From Marispirochaeta sp. (GTDB taxonomy: Bacteria; Spirochaetota; Spirochaetia; JC444; Marispirochaetaceae): DNA of 64,000 bases. Shown here piece by piece: positions 37,078 to 47,588 of this stretch. The notes under the pieces were generated by a model. The model worked only from the letters and a program-made list of their open reading frames with translations, was not told the origin of the DNA and made no database searches. A program made the position numbers and the translations under genes. Location of the stretch: contig CAXXFF010000003.1 in the NCBI GenBank assembly GCA_963676835.2, positions 64,001-128,000 on the forward strand, given 5' to 3'. The first letter of the stretch is position 1. Each line of letters starts with the position of its first letter.

Positions 37078-38452
37078 ACCCGTTGCCGCGGGCGTACCAA
37101 TCGGCTTACTGTTTCTCTTTTTGCTCATCACACAAAGTATGTTTTCAACACCTCTGCCCCCGGCAGATATTTCAGGTTTTCACCCTTTCGGCTCCGGACT
37201 TTTTCCAGGCCTGTCAGAAAACTCACCCCTCCCGGAAGTACAGGGTCACACAGGGATATCCCCGCAGTCCCTGGACAAAAGCCTGTTCGCCGACATTCCT
37301 GAGGTCAGGAGAGAACTGAGCCACTATTCCAACGGAGCCGGCCGGGATTACCTGATAAGAGTCCTTGCAAGGGGTGAAACCTATTTAACCTTTATAAACC
37401 GCCGGGTACAGGAGAAGGATCTCCCTTGGGAGCTTGCATACCTTCCGGTAATAGAATCAGCTTTTATCCCCGATGCGGTATCCCGAAGCGGCGCTACAGG
37501 ACTCTGGCAGTTTATGCTCAACAGTATCGATCCTTACAACATAAGCGTAAACGAATGGATGGATGAACGCCGTGATTTCTGGAAGGCTACAGAAGCGGCA
37601 CTGAGTAAATTAAAAACAAATTACGATATTCTTGGAGACTGGCTGCTTGCCATCGGCGCCTACAATTGCGGACTTGGCGCCATGAAAAGAGCGGTAGATG
37701 CTGCGGGGAGCACCAATTTCTGGGATCTTGCCCGGGGCGGTTTTATACCATCAGAAACCAGGGCCTATGTTCCCCGTTTTCTTGCTGTTGCCCATCTGGC
37801 CTCATATCCCGGACGCTACGGACTGCCCCTTTTCTGGGATGCCGTAAACTGGGAAAGAGTAACCGTTACCGGTCCGGTCCATCTTAATCGGCTTGCTGAG
37901 GCTGCAGGGGTTCCTTTAAGAATAATAGCCAGTGGTAACAAGGAGCTTAATCAACCAATTACTCCGCCTTTAAAGGGAGGGTATAAACTGAAAATACCGG
38001 CAGAATACGCCGATAAAATAAGAGAAGCCCTCAGGAGGAACGATCTGAATCTGGTTGATGTTGAGCTTTATACCATTAAAAGCGGTGACACCCTCTATGC
38101 CCTCAGCGGTCATTACGGTGTTTCTGTCGATCTTCTGCTTGATTTTAACCCGGAGCTGTCTCCCAGAAATCTCCGCATCGGTGATAGAGTCGCTATCCCT
38201 CTGATGCAGCCTATGCCCGCATACAAGGGAGCTCCTGCCAGCATGGAATACTCAAGCTACCAGACCGTGCAGTTTTATACAGTGAAAAGCGGAGATACCC
38301 TTACGGCTATCGGAAGACTGTACGGGACCAACCCCGGAGAATTAGCTCATAACAATGAAATTACTCCGGAGACAACACTGCAGCCCGGCATGATTCTCAA
38401 AGTACCTGCCGCAGACAGAGATACAGCTGATATTAAAGAGGCGGTACAATGA
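37067..38452 (+). CDS. MltD-like lytic transglycosylase with two LysM domains
   Basis: IESAF, GLWQFM, AYNCG, ETRAYVP; two YT.KSGDTL LysM repeats. Confidence 0.92.
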   Translation: MMIRPVAAGVPIGLLFLFLLITQSMFSTPLPPADISGFHPFGSGLFPGLSENSPLPEVQGHTGISPQSLDKSLFADIPEVRRELSHYSNGAGRDYLIRVLARGETYLTFINRRVQEKDLPWELAYLPVIESAFIPDAVSRSGATGLWQFMLNSIDPYNISVNEWMDERRDFWKATEAALSKLKTNYDILGDWLLAIGAYNCGLGAMKRAVDAAGSTNFWDLARGGFIPSETRAYVPRFLAVAHLASYPGRYGLPLFWDAVNWERVTVTGPVHLNRLAEAAGVPLRIIASGNKELNQPITPPLKGGYKLKIPAEYADKIREALRRNDLNLVDVELYTIKSGDTLYALSGHYGVSVDLLLDFNPELSPRNLRIGDRVAIPLMQPMPAYKGAPASMEYSSYQTVQFYTVKSGDTLTAIGRLYGTNPGELAHNNEITPETTLQPGMILKVPAADRDTADIKEAVQ

Positions 38453-39285
38453 GAACACCGGGATCTGTTTGTATACTGCTGTTAACCTTTATCATTCCTT
38501 GTATCTCCCCTCTTTATGCAGAACCGAAAACCGAGCTCCAGATTGACTGGGATCAGGGTATGCTGGACTTAGCAATATCCCGTGAGGTTGCAGTATTTTC
38601 TCCCGCTGAACGTAACCGGCTGGGGATGGAAGTTCAGAGGGACCTGGTGGATGAGTTTTTAAAATCCGCAGGAAGTATTCAAATCAGTTCATCCATGACA
38701 ATTAATGAATGGCTGCATAAAAATCCATCACGATTCCCGGACCTTATAGACGGCATAAACAATCTGAAACTTAAAGGCAGCAGCTATTCACGAGACTTTT
38801 CAGAGCTTACCTTTCGCTATTCCGCCCGTTTGTTCCCGGATATTGCAGCAGTTTTTATTGATCATTATCAGGGCTACCTGCCTGCATCCAACCTTGCCTT
38901 TCAACCGACAGCAGACTTTACCGGTATTCTGATATATGCAAAAGGAGAATTTCCAGTCCAGGGTGAGGCGCGTAAAGATAGGATTTATCCCGCTCTTTTT
39001 CCAAAAATATGGGATGAGGAAATGAATCTTGTTTTCAGTCAGGAGATGATGGATTCGCCTCTGATTCTGTCCGACGGTACGGTCTGTTATTCCGAAACCA
39101 TAGATTCCGCAGATGTAAGAGGACGGATCGGCCCCAACCCGATACGTATCCTTCCCCGCCGTATTTTCGGTCTTGTCCCCACAGATCCGGTTATCCCCGG
39201 CGGAGATGCCAGGTCAATCCTCAACTCATCAAAAGGTAAAGAACTTCTTTCCACAGGAAGAATTGCTATTATCTACGGCGGGTAA
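38449..39285 (+). CDS. Hypothetical exported protein
   Basis: Signal peptide; FTGILIYAKG..PALFPKIWDE motif; 4-nt overlap with the upstream gene. Confidence 0.72.
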   Translation: MRTPGSVCILLLTFIIPCISPLYAEPKTELQIDWDQGMLDLAISREVAVFSPAERNRLGMEVQRDLVDEFLKSAGSIQISSSMTINEWLHKNPSRFPDLIDGINNLKLKGSSYSRDFSELTFRYSARLFPDIAAVFIDHYQGYLPASNLAFQPTADFTGILIYAKGEFPVQGEARKDRIYPALFPKIWDEEMNLVFSQEMMDSPLILSDGTVCYSETIDSADVRGRIGPNPIRILPRRIFGLVPTDPVIPGGDARSILNSSKGKELLSTGRIAIIYGG

Positions 39286-39337
39286 ACCAAAACATCCATT
39301 ATTGACTTATCCATATTAATATGGTCTATTGCATTAC

Positions 39338-40642
39338 ATGCGTTCGGTTAAAATTATTTCAATTTTCAATATCCTCTCTCTTTTTTTACTTTTAATTGTC
39401 TCCTGCTCCGGAGGATCAATCGGCTACGGGATTCTTCTCTGGCCGCCGGAAGATATACCCCTGGAAGCCTCATCTATTGTGAAGGTTATCAGCGAGTCTT
39501 CCATTGAAGGTACCTATATTATAGAAGATGAATCCAGCGGAGAAAAATACAGCCTTTCTCAGTGGCGGATAGAATTCTACAGTGACCGCGAAAATGCTGA
39601 GCAGGCTGCCCTGGCGTACCGGCCTCATGCGGATAAAATGGCCCTCAGTACTGAAGTCGGACTGCCTGTGCGGGCAGACGCAGATGCCATGAGCGACAGA
39701 GTATACCGCCTGAGGAAGAATGAAGAGATCAAGGTTCTTGCACAATCATCAGAACAACAGACAGTGGGAACCTACCAGGGGTACTGGTATAAGGTTATCA
39801 CCGCCGACGGCACTGTAGGATACTGTTTTGATCACTATCTGATTATCTATAACAAGGGTGAACGGGAAGAAGTACTTGCCCGGCATGAAAAAGATCCGCG
39901 GATAGAAGATTTCCTGGCTACAACCTACTACCCGGAGCGCTATCTCCATCTCATAGACCGGGAAACCATAGATCTTGATACCCTGCGGCCTGAGTTTGGA
40001 CTGTTCCCGGATTCAGAAAACAGTGTCATCCTTATCAATAACTCAAAATACAGGTTTGAAGAATCATACACGGGTATCAGTGAAGCAGGAAACAACCGCT
40101 ATCTTTTTGATGATACCAGCCTCTACGTCACATTTCAAACACCGGCACCTCCGGTCACCTCGGTGATTCTTCAGTTCAAGGTTGATACCACTGATGTAAC
40201 CGCAAGATATGTGGCTATACCGGATATAGAAGAATTTCTTACCCAGGAAACAGAAAGACGTGATGAAGCGCTTAAGGCCATGATTGAATCGGGACAGAAT
40301 TTTTCCAGCAATGCCTATGGCAGTATTCATATTGAAGAAACAGGTCGCTTTGAATGGAGAGATAATGATCGGCTCGTTCCTTCGGTGCTGAAATCCCATT
40401 TCGGAAAGACCGGAGTAATACGGTTTGACCGCTTTTTATCCCCTGCCCTTGCCCGGGATTACAACGGCGCTGCCAGTTTTCATTTTCAGGGCGCCGCCAG
40501 AAACGAGGCTGTTACCTTTCTGTACAGTCTCGAAAATCAAGGCATGAGGCTTACCCTGGTTACAGATGAGAACATTTCAGACTTTGTAGTCAAGGATATC
40601 GGGTACAACTCTCTGGTGCTTTTTATGACCAGACAGGAATAA
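39338..40642 (+). CDS. SH3-domain lipoprotein
   Basis: Lipobox IVSC; WYKV...DG..GY SH3b signature. Confidence 0.8.
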   Translation: MRSVKIISIFNILSLFLLLIVSCSGGSIGYGILLWPPEDIPLEASSIVKVISESSIEGTYIIEDESSGEKYSLSQWRIEFYSDRENAEQAALAYRPHADKMALSTEVGLPVRADADAMSDRVYRLRKNEEIKVLAQSSEQQTVGTYQGYWYKVITADGTVGYCFDHYLIIYNKGEREEVLARHEKDPRIEDFLATTYYPERYLHLIDRETIDLDTLRPEFGLFPDSENSVILINNSKYRFEESYTGISEAGNNRYLFDDTSLYVTFQTPAPPVTSVILQFKVDTTDVTARYVAIPDIEEFLTQETERRDEALKAMIESGQNFSSNAYGSIHIEETGRFEWRDNDRLVPSVLKSHFGKTGVIRFDRFLSPALARDYNGAASFHFQGAARNEAVTFLYSLENQGMRLTLVTDENISDFVVKDIGYNSLVLFMTRQE

Positions 40643-40643
40643 G

Positions 40644-42626
40644 ATGTCGTTTTTACAGCTTAACAATATTTCTCTCGCCTTTGGAGACAGGGACATCCTG
40701 AAGGGCACCGACCTGCGTGTAGGAAACGGAGACAGGATTGCTCTGAGCGGTGCCAACGGATCGGGAAAATCCTCGCTTCTTAAAATAGCAGCAGAGATAA
40801 ACAAGCCGGACAGCGGTGATATATCCAAAAGCCCCGGAGCACGTATAACCTATCTGCCCCAGACCGGTCTTGAATACAGCGGAAGCAGCCTGTCTGAAGA
40901 GGCGGAAAAAGCTTTTTCCTATGTGCACCGGATGATCAGCGAAAAAAAGGAAATTGAAAACCGGCTGGCAGATATCGACGAATCAGATCCTTCGCTGAAT
41001 GAGCTTCTTCATTCCCAGCACGATCTTGAAGAATCCATTGCGTCATCAGGCTATTATCTGCGGGAACAGCGGATCTCGGAAGTTCTTTCAGGACTTGGTT
41101 TTTCAGACCAGGATAAAGAAAAAGAAACCGGCAGTTTCTCCGGAGGCTGGCAGATGCGTATAGCCCTTGCCAAGGCGCTTCTGACCAATCCCGACCTGCT
41201 GCTCCTTGATGAGCCAACCAACTATCTCGACCTGGAAGCCCGGGACTGGCTGCAGGAGTTTCTCTCCTCCTTTAAGGGTGGAATTATCCTGGTGAGTCAC
41301 GACCGCCATTTTCTTGATTACACCTGTAACCGGGTTGCTGAACTTTTTCTTGCCCGACTTCGCCTTTACACCGGAAACTACAGTGCATATCTGAAGCAGC
41401 GGGAAAAAGAGCTGGAACAGCTGCAGAAAGCCTATACAGAACAGCAGGCGGAAATAGGTAAGCTCGAGAGTTTTATTGAGAGGTTCCGCTACAACTCCTC
41501 AAAGGCACCGCTTGTACAGAGCCGAATCAAACAGCTGGAAAAGATAGAACCCATAGAACTGCCGGAAAGCATGAAACACGTTCATTTCTCCTTTCCATCG
41601 CCGCCTCACAGCGGGAAACAGGTTCTGGGACTTCGGGAAGTGAGCAAATCGTACGGAGAACATACTGTTTTCCGCAGCGTTGAACTTGATATTGAACGGG
41701 GTGAAAGGCTTGCCCTGGTGGGCAGGAACGGTGCAGGAAAATCCACCCTGATGCGTATACTTGCAGGTGCAGATACTGATTACGACGGAACCCTGAAACC
41801 GGGAACCGGGGTCAGGATCGGGTATTTCGATCAGAACGTAGAGAAAACTTTAATCGGCTCCCACTCAATCTATGATGAAATCGAACGTGAAACACCTACA
41901 GAATTGATTCCATCCCTCAGAGGCCTTCTGGGAGCGTTTCTTTTCCGGGGGGATGATATTTACAAACCCCTTGATGTACTTTCCGGCGGAGAAAAAAGCA
42001 GGCTTGCCCTGCTTAAACTTCTGCTTAATCCGGTTAATCTGCTGATCCTTGATGAACCTACCAACCACCTTGATTTGCAGACAAAAGAAGTTCTCCTTGA
42101 TGTGCTGTCAACCTACGAAGGGACACTGGTGTTTGTTTCTCACGACCGGTATTTTCTCGAAAAACTTGCCACCAGAATCTTTGAAATAGAAAACTGCCGG
42201 GCCACCAACTATCCGGGAGATTATCTCTACTACCGATCTATTAAAGAAAGATACAGTGATGAACAAACAGGATCAGGGCAGTCTACATCCGGGGACGAGA
42301 AAGAGAAAAACCCGGAAAAAACGGCCTCCCAGCTGCATCGGGAAGAGCTGAAAACGCATCAGGCGTCTCAGCGCCGGATGGTCCGGGAAGAAGAGGCTCT
42401 TCTGGAAAGCATAGACAGTCTTGAAACTACCGTAACAGGGCTGCATGAAGAACTTTCAAAACCGGAGATCTATTCCTCAGCAGACAAAGCTCAGTCTGTT
42501 CAGGCCAGACTCGACAAAACCCAGGCTGAACTCGAATCTGCCCATCAGCGATGGGAAGAGGTGTCAGAGGCCCTTACCCGGATAGAGTCCGTAATTGCAG
42601 AGATTCAAGGGGCCCCTTCCAAATGA
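40644..42626 (+). CDS. ABC-F family ATPase
   Basis: Two NBDs (GANGSGKS/FSGGW/DEPTN; GRNGAGKS/LSGGE), coiled-coil tail, no TM. Confidence 0.93.
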   Translation: MSFLQLNNISLAFGDRDILKGTDLRVGNGDRIALSGANGSGKSSLLKIAAEINKPDSGDISKSPGARITYLPQTGLEYSGSSLSEEAEKAFSYVHRMISEKKEIENRLADIDESDPSLNELLHSQHDLEESIASSGYYLREQRISEVLSGLGFSDQDKEKETGSFSGGWQMRIALAKALLTNPDLLLLDEPTNYLDLEARDWLQEFLSSFKGGIILVSHDRHFLDYTCNRVAELFLARLRLYTGNYSAYLKQREKELEQLQKAYTEQQAEIGKLESFIERFRYNSSKAPLVQSRIKQLEKIEPIELPESMKHVHFSFPSPPHSGKQVLGLREVSKSYGEHTVFRSVELDIERGERLALVGRNGAGKSTLMRILAGADTDYDGTLKPGTGVRIGYFDQNVEKTLIGSHSIYDEIERETPTELIPSLRGLLGAFLFRGDDIYKPLDVLSGGEKSRLALLKLLLNPVNLLILDEPTNHLDLQTKEVLLDVLSTYEGTLVFVSHDRYFLEKLATRIFEIENCRATNYPGDYLYYRSIKERYSDEQTGSGQSTSGDEKEKNPEKTASQLHREELKTHQASQRRMVREEEALLESIDSLETTVTGLHEELSKPEIYSSADKAQSVQARLDKTQAELESAHQRWEEVSEALTRIESVIAEIQGAPSK

Positions 42627-42859
42627 AACATACCCCGAAAAACCGCCCGGTTCTGATCAGACTTATAATTCTTGGCGCCGCTGCCGGAACTTTGCTGTGG
42701 GGTCTTTGTGAAATTCTTGCAGAAGCGGCGGGTTTGCCCTTTTCCCTGAGTGTAGGTCCTGTCGGCTTCGATTTGTATGTTGTCTCCTTTTTCATACGAA
42801 TCAACCCTGGAACCTTTCTCGGGCTTGCCTCCGGGGTCCTCATCTTCAACAGGATCTGA
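42623..42859 (+). CDS. Small membrane protein, DUF4321-like
   Basis: 78 aa hydrophobic; GPVGFDL..F.I.IN pattern; ATG overlaps the upstream stop; precedes maf. Confidence 0.6.
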   Translation: MKHTPKNRPVLIRLIILGAAAGTLLWGLCEILAEAAGLPFSLSVGPVGFDLYVVSFFIRINPGTFLGLASGVLIFNRI

Positions 42860-42865
42860 AACATC

Positions 42866-43462
42866 ATGGAATTCGATAAAATGATAATTCTGGCCTCCGC
42901 CTCTCCGCAGAGAGCTGAACTCATGCTGCATGCAGGCCTGCCTTTTACTGCAATGGCACAGGATGCGGATGAGTCACTTCAGGGAGAGCCGCTGGAGACT
43001 GAAGTACAGCGGATTGCTGAAATTAAAGCTCAGTCCTGTCTGGATTCCCTGGCAGGTGTTAAACCGCCCGGCCGCTGGATTGCCGGTTTTGACACTGCCG
43101 TCGGGATAGGCAGTGAAATATACGGGAAACCTGCCAACAGGCTGGAAGCCATTAAAGCTATTACTGCAATACAGGGGACAAGTCATTTTGTATCATCCGG
43201 AGTGGCTGTTATAGATACTGAAAACGGCGCCCGTCAAACCGGGGTGGTAACAACCAGAGTAGAGTTTCGCCCCATGTCCCCGGAAGAGGTCAACTGGTAT
43301 GTGGATACCGGTGACTGGCGGGGAGCAGCCGGAGGCTACCGCATACAAAAACGGGCATCCTTGTTTATTCGTTCCCTGGAAGGGAGCTACCATAATGTAG
43401 TGGGCTTGCCACTGGAAGCTTTTTATGGCATGTTATGTGCGTTAAATTACCCGTTTTTCTAA
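42866..43462 (+). CDS. maf: Maf nucleotide pyrophosphatase
   Basis: ILASASP.R, DT, GKP, AGGY.IQ, NVVGLP. Confidence 0.92.
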   Translation: MEFDKMIILASASPQRAELMLHAGLPFTAMAQDADESLQGEPLETEVQRIAEIKAQSCLDSLAGVKPPGRWIAGFDTAVGIGSEIYGKPANRLEAIKAITAIQGTSHFVSSGVAVIDTENGARQTGVVTTRVEFRPMSPEEVNWYVDTGDWRGAAGGYRIQKRASLFIRSLEGSYHNVVGLPLEAFYGMLCALNYPFF

Positions 43463-43566
43463 AACTTATATTTTTAGAAAGGCGGCAATCCTCCACATAC
43501 TCCGGTATGTGAGAATTAGAGAGAAGGAAGCGGAAACAGAGTATCCGCAAACCTAGGAGGGAAACC

Positions 43567-44511
43567 TTGGCAGTAGTAACCATGAAGAACCTGCTTGAAT
43601 CCGGTGTACATTTCGGTCACCAGACCAAGCGCTGGGATCCCCGCATGAAGAAGTATATCTTCGCAGAGCGGAACGGGATCCACATCATCGACCTGCAGAA
43701 AACCATCGCATCTATCCGTGAAGCATACGAAGTTGTCCGGGGTGCGGTACACGAAGGAAAATCAGTCCTTTTTATCGGTACAAAAAAGCAGGCACAGCAG
43801 GCTATTGAGCGAGAAGCTCAGCGCTGTGGAATGTACCACGTAAACAACCGCTGGTTGGGCGGTATGCTTACAAACTTCACCACCATTAAGAAATCAATCC
43901 TGCGTCTCAAGAAGATTGAGAAGATGGAAATTGACGGCACCTTTGAAAGCCTGACCAAGAAAGAGGTATCCAAGCTCAATAAAGAGCGGGCACGTCTTGA
44001 GAAAAACCTTGGCGGTATCAAGGAGATGAAAGATCTCCCCGGTGTTGTATTTATCATCGATACAAAGAAAGAATCCATTGCTGTTGCTGAAGCACAGAGA
44101 ATGGGCATTCCCATCATTGCAGTTGTAGATACCAACTGTAACCCCGAGGGAATCGATTACCCCATCCCCGGTAACGACGATGCAATCCGCGCAATTACCC
44201 TGTTTACCCAGATTATTGCAAATGCGGTTGTTGAAGCAGACAATGAAATCGGACTTGAAGTAATTGAAACACTTCAGGATGACGACGACTCTTCTTCCGA
44301 TGCTGCGGCAGGATCTGCTGAAGAGAAAGACGAAGATGTCGAAACTGTTTCCGTTGCTGATGCAGTAAACAGCAAGGAAGAGAAGGCAGATGAATCCTTT
44401 ACCGATAAGGACTACTCTGACTATAAACCCGAAGATTCAGCAGAAGCTTCTGAAGCTGATGATGCGGAAAGCACTCCCCTTGTAGACGAAGACAAACTGT
44501 ACGAAGACTAG
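43567..44511 (+). CDS. rpsB: 30S ribosomal protein S2 with acidic tail
   Basis: [26 protein letters not shown] start with SD AGGAGG. Confidence 0.98.
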   Translation: MAVVTMKNLLESGVHFGHQTKRWDPRMKKYIFAERNGIHIIDLQKTIASIREAYEVVRGAVHEGKSVLFIGTKKQAQQAIEREAQRCGMYHVNNRWLGGMLTNFTTIKKSILRLKKIEKMEIDGTFESLTKKEVSKLNKERARLEKNLGGIKEMKDLPGVVFIIDTKKESIAVAEAQRMGIPIIAVVDTNCNPEGIDYPIPGNDDAIRAITLFTQIIANAVVEADNEIGLEVIETLQDDDDSSSDAAAGSAEEKDEDVETVSVADAVNSKEEKADESFTDKDYSDYKPEDSAEASEADDAESTPLVDEDKLYED

Positions 44512-44520
44512 GAGCCGATA

Positions 44521-45363
44521 ATGGGCATTAAAGCAGCAGACGTAAAAAACCTCCGGGAGAAAACCGGAGCAGGCATGATGGAGTGCAAAAAAGCACTTGT
44601 AGAAGCCGACGGTGATTTCGATAAAGCGGAAAAAATTCTTAAAGAGCTCGGCCTTGCAGCGGTTGCAAAGCGGAGTGGCCGGGCAACTGAAGAAGGCCGG
44701 GTATTTACCAAGGTTGACGGCAGCACGGCTGTTATCCTCGAAATAGGCTGTGAGACAGACTTCGTAGCCCGTAATGCCGAGTTCATCGAGTACGGCGGAA
44801 AAATCGTTGAAAAGATTGCCGCAGACAGTCTCACTGAAGTAAACAGCGATATTGAGGCTATTGTTACCGAAGCAGTTGGCAAGATCAAGGAAAACATCAA
44901 GGTTAGCCGTTTTACCACCACCGACGTTGCAGACAACGAACTTTGTGTGGATTATGTACACGGAGAAGGCAACATCGGTGTAATTGTAAAACTCGGTCTT
45001 GAAAACGCATCTCTCAAGGACAATGCAAAGGTAAAGGAATTCGCCTTTGACACTGCCCTGCACATTGCAGCCTTTAACCCCCTCTACCTGGACAGAGATG
45101 CAGTAGATGCAGCCTACCTGGCAGAGCAGGAAGAGATCTTTACTGCTCAGGCCAAGAACCTCGACAAGCCTGAGAAAGTTCTTCAGGGAATTATCAAAGG
45201 CAAGATCAACAAGCATCTTTCTGAAATCTGTCTGCTTAATCAGGGATTTGTAAAGGAAGAGAAAAAGAGCGTTTCCCAGGTTGCACAGGAAATATCCAAA
45301 GAAGCCGGTGGAAATGTAACGGTAAAAGAGTATTTCTATTACGCAGTCGGCGGCGGCGAATAG
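44521..45363 (+). CDS. tsf: Elongation factor Ts
   Basis: LREKTGAGMMECKKAL, ETDFVA. Confidence 0.98.
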   Translation: MGIKAADVKNLREKTGAGMMECKKALVEADGDFDKAEKILKELGLAAVAKRSGRATEEGRVFTKVDGSTAVILEIGCETDFVARNAEFIEYGGKIVEKIAADSLTEVNSDIEAIVTEAVGKIKENIKVSRFTTTDVADNELCVDYVHGEGNIGVIVKLGLENASLKDNAKVKEFAFDTALHIAAFNPLYLDRDAVDAAYLAEQEEIFTAQAKNLDKPEKVLQGIIKGKINKHLSEICLLNQGFVKEEKKSVSQVAQEISKEAGGNVTVKEYFYYAVGGGE

Positions 45364-45371
45364 TAAAAACA

Positions 45372-45413
45372 AAATAAGGACGCCCTGCACTGAATGCGGG
45401 GCGTCTTTTATTT
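45372..45413 (+). terminator. Terminator after tsf
   Basis: GACGCCCTGCA-loop-TGCGGGGCGTC followed by TTTTATTT. Confidence 0.8.
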
Positions 45414-45462
45414 AATAACCTGGTCAAAATCTATATAATTTTTCTAATTTAAAGGAGGAGCC

Positions 45463-46017
45463 ATGGAGGCAACAAAGAAGAGCGCAGAAGAGAGAATGAA
45501 TAAGAGCGTATCCGCACTGGATGATGAATTTTCAGCTATCCGTACCGGGCGGGCTTCCGCGGCCCTTTTCGAAAAAGTCAAAGTAGAATATTACGGCAGT
45601 GCAACTCCCCTTTCTCAGGTTGCGACGATCTCCACACCCGAAGCAAGGCTTGTTGTTATTCAGCCCTGGGATAAAAATGTTCTTGGCGAGATAGAAAAAG
45701 CCCTTCTTAAAAGTGAACTTTCGCTTAACCCTAACAATGACGGCAAGGTTATCCGTATCAATATTCCTCCACTCACTGAGGACCGCCGTAAAGAGCTGGT
45801 AAAACTGGCTAAAAACGTGGCAGAGCAGAGCCGTGTCGCTGTTAGAAATATCCGCCGCGACGCCAATGATCAGTTCAAGAAAATGCAGAAAGACGGTGAT
45901 ATTACCGAAGACGACGCAAAACGGTCTTCAGAAGAAATTCAGAAACTGACCGATGCTGCAATTGAGCAGATCAACAAAAAACTCGAAAGCAAAGAGCAGG
46001 AAATCCTCGAGATCTGA
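45463..46017 (+). CDS. frr: Ribosome recycling factor
   Basis: IRTGRA, YYG..PL, PPLTEDRR, VRNIRRD. Confidence 0.98.
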   Translation: MEATKKSAEERMNKSVSALDDEFSAIRTGRASAALFEKVKVEYYGSATPLSQVATISTPEARLVVIQPWDKNVLGEIEKALLKSELSLNPNNDGKVIRINIPPLTEDRRKELVKLAKNVAEQSRVAVRNIRRDANDQFKKMQKDGDITEDDAKRSSEEIQKLTDAAIEQINKKLESKEQEILEI

Positions 46018-46024
46018 TCAATTC

Positions 46025-46744
46025 ATGGATAGTATCGATTCATCCCATCTACCAAAACATGTAGGCATCATAATGGACGGCAACGGCAGATGGGCTCAGA
46101 AAAGAAAGCTCCCCCGGTCTGCCGGCCATAAAGAAGGTCTTAACAGTGCCAAAGCAGTAATGGCCCGTGCGGCGGAACTTGGCATTCAATATGTAACTCT
46201 CTACACCTTTTCAACGGAAAACTGGAAACGGGCCCAAGAAGAAGTTAGTTATCTTTTTCACCTTGTAACAGTGTATCTGCGAAAAGAGATGGATTTCTAC
46301 CGAAAAAACAATATCAAAGTGGTCCATTCCGGTGATACAAAAAACCTGCCTCCAGCAGTGCTGAAGGAGTTCGTTGAAGTAAGCCGGGATACCGCTGAGG
46401 CAACGGGGCTTACCCTTAATCTCGCCTTTAATTACGGAGGCAGAGATGAAATAGTCCGTGCAGTTAACCGCTACATCCAAAACTGTAATGATAAAAATCT
46501 AAGCATTGAAACAATTACCGAAGAAATAGTTCAAAAAAATCTGGATCAGCCCGACATCCCCGATGCGGACCTGATAATCCGTACAGCAGGAGAAAAGCGG
46601 CTTTCTAATTTTCTCCTTTGGTCTTCCGCCTATGCAGAGTATCATTTCTCCGACAAATTCTGGCCGGACTGGAATGGTGACGATCTTGATATAGCTGTGG
46701 TAGATTATCAGCAGCGAACCAGACGTTATGGTGGTGTAGTATGA
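46025..46744 (+). CDS. uppS: Undecaprenyl diphosphate synthase
   Basis: IMDGNGRW, FSTENWKR, RTAGE.RLSNF. Start at ATG 46025. Confidence 0.96.
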   Translation: MDSIDSSHLPKHVGIIMDGNGRWAQKRKLPRSAGHKEGLNSAKAVMARAAELGIQYVTLYTFSTENWKRAQEEVSYLFHLVTVYLRKEMDFYRKNNIKVVHSGDTKNLPPAVLKEFVEVSRDTAEATGLTLNLAFNYGGRDEIVRAVNRYIQNCNDKNLSIETITEEIVQKNLDQPDIPDADLIIRTAGEKRLSNFLLWSSAYAEYHFSDKFWPDWNGDDLDIAVVDYQQRTRRYGGVV

Positions 46745-47577
46745 GTAGCCTTCAGTCAAGACTTCTTACATTCGGTATTGGAGTTCCAGGAATTACCGCT
46801 TTGATTCTCGCCTTTCCCCAGATGAATCATCTTCTGTTTAATCTGCTGGCTGTGGTGTTTATCTGGCTTGGCGCAAAAGAGACAGTTAAATTTTTCAGCA
46901 TGAAGGGCATCATGGTTTCCGGGGAAATTCCATTGTGTGCTGCACTTCTGCCGGCAGTTCAATGGCTTATAATGCGCGGGATATTTCCCGCAGAAAGCAT
47001 AGAATATCTCACAGCCCTGACCCTGATGCTGATACTGGCTATAGAGGTATTCCGGCAGGAAGAAGCAAGCCTCGAAGGAGCTCTTCTCCGATCTGCAGCT
47101 GCTTTTTTCAGTTTCATCTATCCCGGGTTTCTTACCATCTATGCAACCCGCATGACATCCCTCCCTTACCCTGGAGTTCGTCTGCTGGTATTTCTTCTTC
47201 TGGTTTTTACCAATGATACCGCCGCCTATATTTTCGGCTCACTTTTTGGAAGACGATCAAGAAAGCTGTTTATAGCAAGCCCGAACAAAAGTATAGTTGG
47301 ATTTGCATCCGGGTTTCTTTTTACCATTTTAATAGCACTGATTATTCACTACTTTATCCCATATGTATTTTCAGATATTTTTCACGCAGTCTTGATTGGT
47401 ATTGTAATCGGGATAACCGGGATCATAGGAGATCTTGCAGAATCAGTACTGAAACGATCGGCAGTGATTAAGGACTCCGGCGATCTTTTTCCCGGTCGCG
47501 GTGGAATTCTGGATTCTATAGATTCAATAATATACAGTGCTCCCTTTGTATATTTTATTTTCAGCACGATTGTATAA
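46741..47577 (+). CDS. cdsA: Phosphatidate cytidylyltransferase
   Basis: DT.AY, SPNKS, GDL.ES..KR...KDSG..PG.GG.LD. Confidence 0.95.
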   Translation: MSSLQSRLLTFGIGVPGITALILAFPQMNHLLFNLLAVVFIWLGAKETVKFFSMKGIMVSGEIPLCAALLPAVQWLIMRGIFPAESIEYLTALTLMLILAIEVFRQEEASLEGALLRSAAAFFSFIYPGFLTIYATRMTSLPYPGVRLLVFLLLVFTNDTAAYIFGSLFGRRSRKLFIASPNKSIVGFASGFLFTILIALIIHYFIPYVFSDIFHAVLIGIVIGITGIIGDLAESVLKRSAVIKDSGDLFPGRGGILDSIDSIIYSAPFVYFIFSTIV

Positions 47578-47588
47578 GAACAGAGAAT

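Noticed and set aside
43455..43566. Hairpins in the rpsB leader (CACATAC/GTATGTG; GCGGA/TCCGC)
   Set aside because: Consistent with ordinary S2 autoregulation, but I cannot assign a family by eye.
44437..45390. 317-aa antisense ORF over tsf
   Set aside because: Shadow of a highly expressed gene with biased codons; no motifs.
45364..45462. Absence of pyrH between tsf and frr
   Set aside because: The same arrangement is known in other spirochaetes; no remnant visible.
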